Shown here: one piece after another, positions 62,217 to 64,000 of the stretch
Layout: each line of letters begins with the position of its first letter
Position numbering within the stretch: the stretch's first letter is position 1
Assembly (NCBI GenBank): GCA_031426015.1
Contig: JANPKK010000055.1
Coordinates: 17,912 to 81,911 of the forward strand
Direction: 5' to 3'
Source of the DNA: Alphaproteobacteria bacterium
GTDB lineage: Bacteria; Pseudomonadota; Alphaproteobacteria; Sphingomonadales; Sphingomonadaceae
DNA: 64,000 nucleotides
Notes under the pieces: model-generated
What the model saw: only the letters and a program-made list of their open reading frames with translations
Told to the model about the DNA's origin: nothing
Database searches by the model: none
Position numbers and translations under genes: made by a program

Positions 62217-63623
62217 GTGAAGCGCCGCATTGCGATCCTGTTTGCACCGCTCCTGCTCGGCGGGTGCTTGCACCTTGGCGCCAGGCCGCTCGAATTCACC
62301 TGTGGCAGCATGCTGGCAAAGCATAGCGTGACCTACACATCGACGCCGCTGTTTGCCGAATTGCAACGCGATGCCGGTGACGATGAATGCCTGACGGGGC
62401 CCAGCAACCAGATCGGTTGCCGGGTGACGCCCGACAAATCATTCGACACCGAAGCCCTCACGCGGATCGATCCGTTGATTGCCGCGTTCGAAAAGCGGCG
62501 ACCGAGCGGACCGGCGTTTGCCGGGCAACCGGCACAGCCGGAATTTTCGGTCCTGATGCTGTCGGGTGGCGGCAGCTGGGGGGCGTTCGGTGCCGGCTAT
62601 CTGCAGGCGCTCGGCCGCACCGATTGGTCGGCGGTCACCGGAATCAGCACAGGCGCCCTGCAGGGCCTGTACGTGGCGGCAGGCGATTATGACGCGCTGG
62701 CGATAGCCTATGACATCAAGGATGCGCAGCGGCTGGCCAGGGAGGATGGGTACTTCGGTGTCGTTCGCAAGGGCGCGGAGAATGATATTTCGCCGCTGCG
62801 CGACATGGTCATGGCCTATCTGGTGCCGGCCAATGGTGCTGAATCGCCGCTGGTCCGCATGTTGCAGCCCGGCCACCCCAATCTGTCGATCGGGATGGTC
62901 GAAGCCCGCTCGGGCGATCTGAAAGCCGTCGATGTCACGAAATTGGTGCGCGACGAATTCGGCACCGATCAAAGGCCCGATCCGGCGACGCTGCAGCGGG
63001 TGGCGCACTGTGTTGCCGGCATCGCGCTGGCATCGAGCTCGATCCCGGTGCGGCTGACCCCGGTGCGGATCGATGGCACGACCTATGTCGATGGCGGGGT
63101 GCGCAGTTCGGTCTTCGAAGCCGGCGTCGCCCGGCGCGCGGCAAGCTATGCCAGCAAATTCGCCCTGCGGGATGCACCGCACATACATGTCATGCGCAAT
63201 GGCCCGACCGTGGTGTTCCGCGATATCGAGGACAAGGATCGGCGCGGTGTCGCCGAAGTCGATGCGCGGCCGGATGCCCGGCGGGTGGGGATGCGGGGCT
63301 ATTCGACCCTCGTCAACCAGAACGAATTGATGTCGATCGCGTCGCTGCGACTGAATTATCCCATGGGGCGGATCAGCGTGATTTCGGCCGATGGTTTCAA
63401 TGCGCCCGATGCGGCCCCCGCGAGCCAGCCGCGCCGCCCCGGTGGTGAAAAGCGGCCGCTCCAGTGCGGGACCCGGCCCGCCGAATTGTTCAATGCCAAG
63501 TTCATGCATTGCCTGATCGATTGGGGCAGATGGAAAGCCCGCCATGGTCCCGACTGGATCGAACTCGATACGCTCGCCGCGCGCGCTGCTGCGGTGGAAA
63601 AGGCGAACGCCGCGCCCTACTGA
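62217..63623 (+). CDS. Patatin-like phospholipase, lipoprotein
   Basis: GTG start after GGGAGGG. Lipobox LLLGGC, oxyanion motif SGGGSWGAFGAG, nucleophile elbow GISTGA and catalytic Asp in YVDGGV. Confidence 0.85.
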   Translation: MKRRIAILFAPLLLGGCLHLGARPLEFTCGSMLAKHSVTYTSTPLFAELQRDAGDDECLTGPSNQIGCRVTPDKSFDTEALTRIDPLIAAFEKRRPSGPAFAGQPAQPEFSVLMLSGGGSWGAFGAGYLQALGRTDWSAVTGISTGALQGLYVAAGDYDALAIAYDIKDAQRLAREDGYFGVVRKGAENDISPLRDMVMAYLVPANGAESPLVRMLQPGHPNLSIGMVEARSGDLKAVDVTKLVRDEFGTDQRPDPATLQRVAHCVAGIALASSSIPVRLTPVRIDGTTYVDGGVRSSVFEAGVARRAASYASKFALRDAPHIHVMRNGPTVVFRDIEDKDRRGVAEVDARPDARRVGMRGYSTLVNQNELMSIASLRLNYPMGRISVISADGFNAPDAAPASQPRRPGGEKRPLQCGTRPAELFNAKFMHCLIDWGRWKARHGPDWIELDTLAARAAAVEKANAAPY

Positions 63624-63652
63624 GGCCCCGGCCCCTGGCCAAGGAGACTGCG

Positions 63653-64000
63653 ATGCCGTCGCTCGATTTTCGAACCGATGTGCCCTGGACGAATTTTCAT
63701 TTGACGCGCGGTACGCTGTCTCCCGGCGCCGATCGGCCGCAGATGATCGTCAAGCAAGTGGCGACGCTGGTGACGCATGATCTCGATGCCGTGTCCGGAC
63801 TTGATCGCTTTGCCGCCAGCGGGGCGTTGCTGTTCGCCTATCTACGCCGCATCGAAGCCGCGGGCGGGCGCGACGCTGCCGGGATGGTCGGCACCGGCTG
63901 GAGTTTTTCGGCGCTGGTCGGCACGCCCGAATGGCAGCTCGATACCGCCGGGCACAGCGGCATCACCGGCATCGCGCCCGATGAACGGCATGATGCGGCA
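63653..64000 (+). CDS. Hypothetical protein, 5' part (runs off the window)
   Basis: ATG 63653 lies 5 nt after AAGGAGA. The frame stays open to base 64000 (MPSLDFRTDVPWTNFHLTRG...). It is absent from the ORF track because no stop is reached. Confidence 0.6.
   Translation, partial: MPSLDFRTDVPWTNFHLTRGTLSPGADRPQMIVKQVATLVTHDLDAVSGLDRFAASGALLFAYLRRIEAAGGRDAAGMVGTGWSFSALVGTPEWQLDTAGHSGITGIAPDERHDAA

Overview
High-G+C chromosomal window. By gene content it looks alphaproteobacterial and sphingomonad-like, but that is inference only. In the ORF track the first residue is shown as M even for GTG/TTG starts, and coordinates include the stop codon; I re-picked several starts by hand.

- **1-14.2 kb:** nitrogen-assimilation and housekeeping genes. 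These are the gltD 3' part, a DUF2059-like gene, gltB, a PepSY/ferric-reductase-like pair, a GST and a ~1600-aa NAD-specific glutamate dehydrogenase.
- **14.3-25.4 kb:** a tRNA-Thr(CGU) at 14268-14343 is the attachment site of an ~11 kb, visibly more A+T-rich integrative island. The island is bounded by a perfect 50-bp direct repeat (14295-14344 / 25326-25375). It carries a tyrosine integrase and an AlpA-like regulator. It also carries a tightly coupled controller / DUF262-HNH / Mod / Res restriction operon and a 494-aa protein with an ordered set of family-A-polymerase-like motifs.
- **25.4-30.3 kb:** a degraded fliQ followed by intact fliR and flhB, then an NsrR-like / truncated-haemoglobin nitrosative-stress cluster.
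- **30.4-38.2 kb:** a two-gene operon of giant proteins (1193 and 1388 aa) in which I can recognise no domain or catalytic motif. This is my best candidate for an undescribed system. An anomalously A+T-rich 0.5 kb region lies upstream of it.
- **38.7-58.1 kb:** a fatty-acid desaturase, a glycosyltransferase and a 16.9 kb RTX-repeat gene (5635 aa).
- **58.4-64.0 kb:** an aldose-epimerase-like gene, a VIT-family transporter, a winged-helix/TPR regulator, a patatin-like lipoprotein and a partial ORF.

No rRNA, CRISPR array or IS element was seen. Many long ORFs in the track are antisense or alternate-frame artefacts of high G+C and repeat codons.
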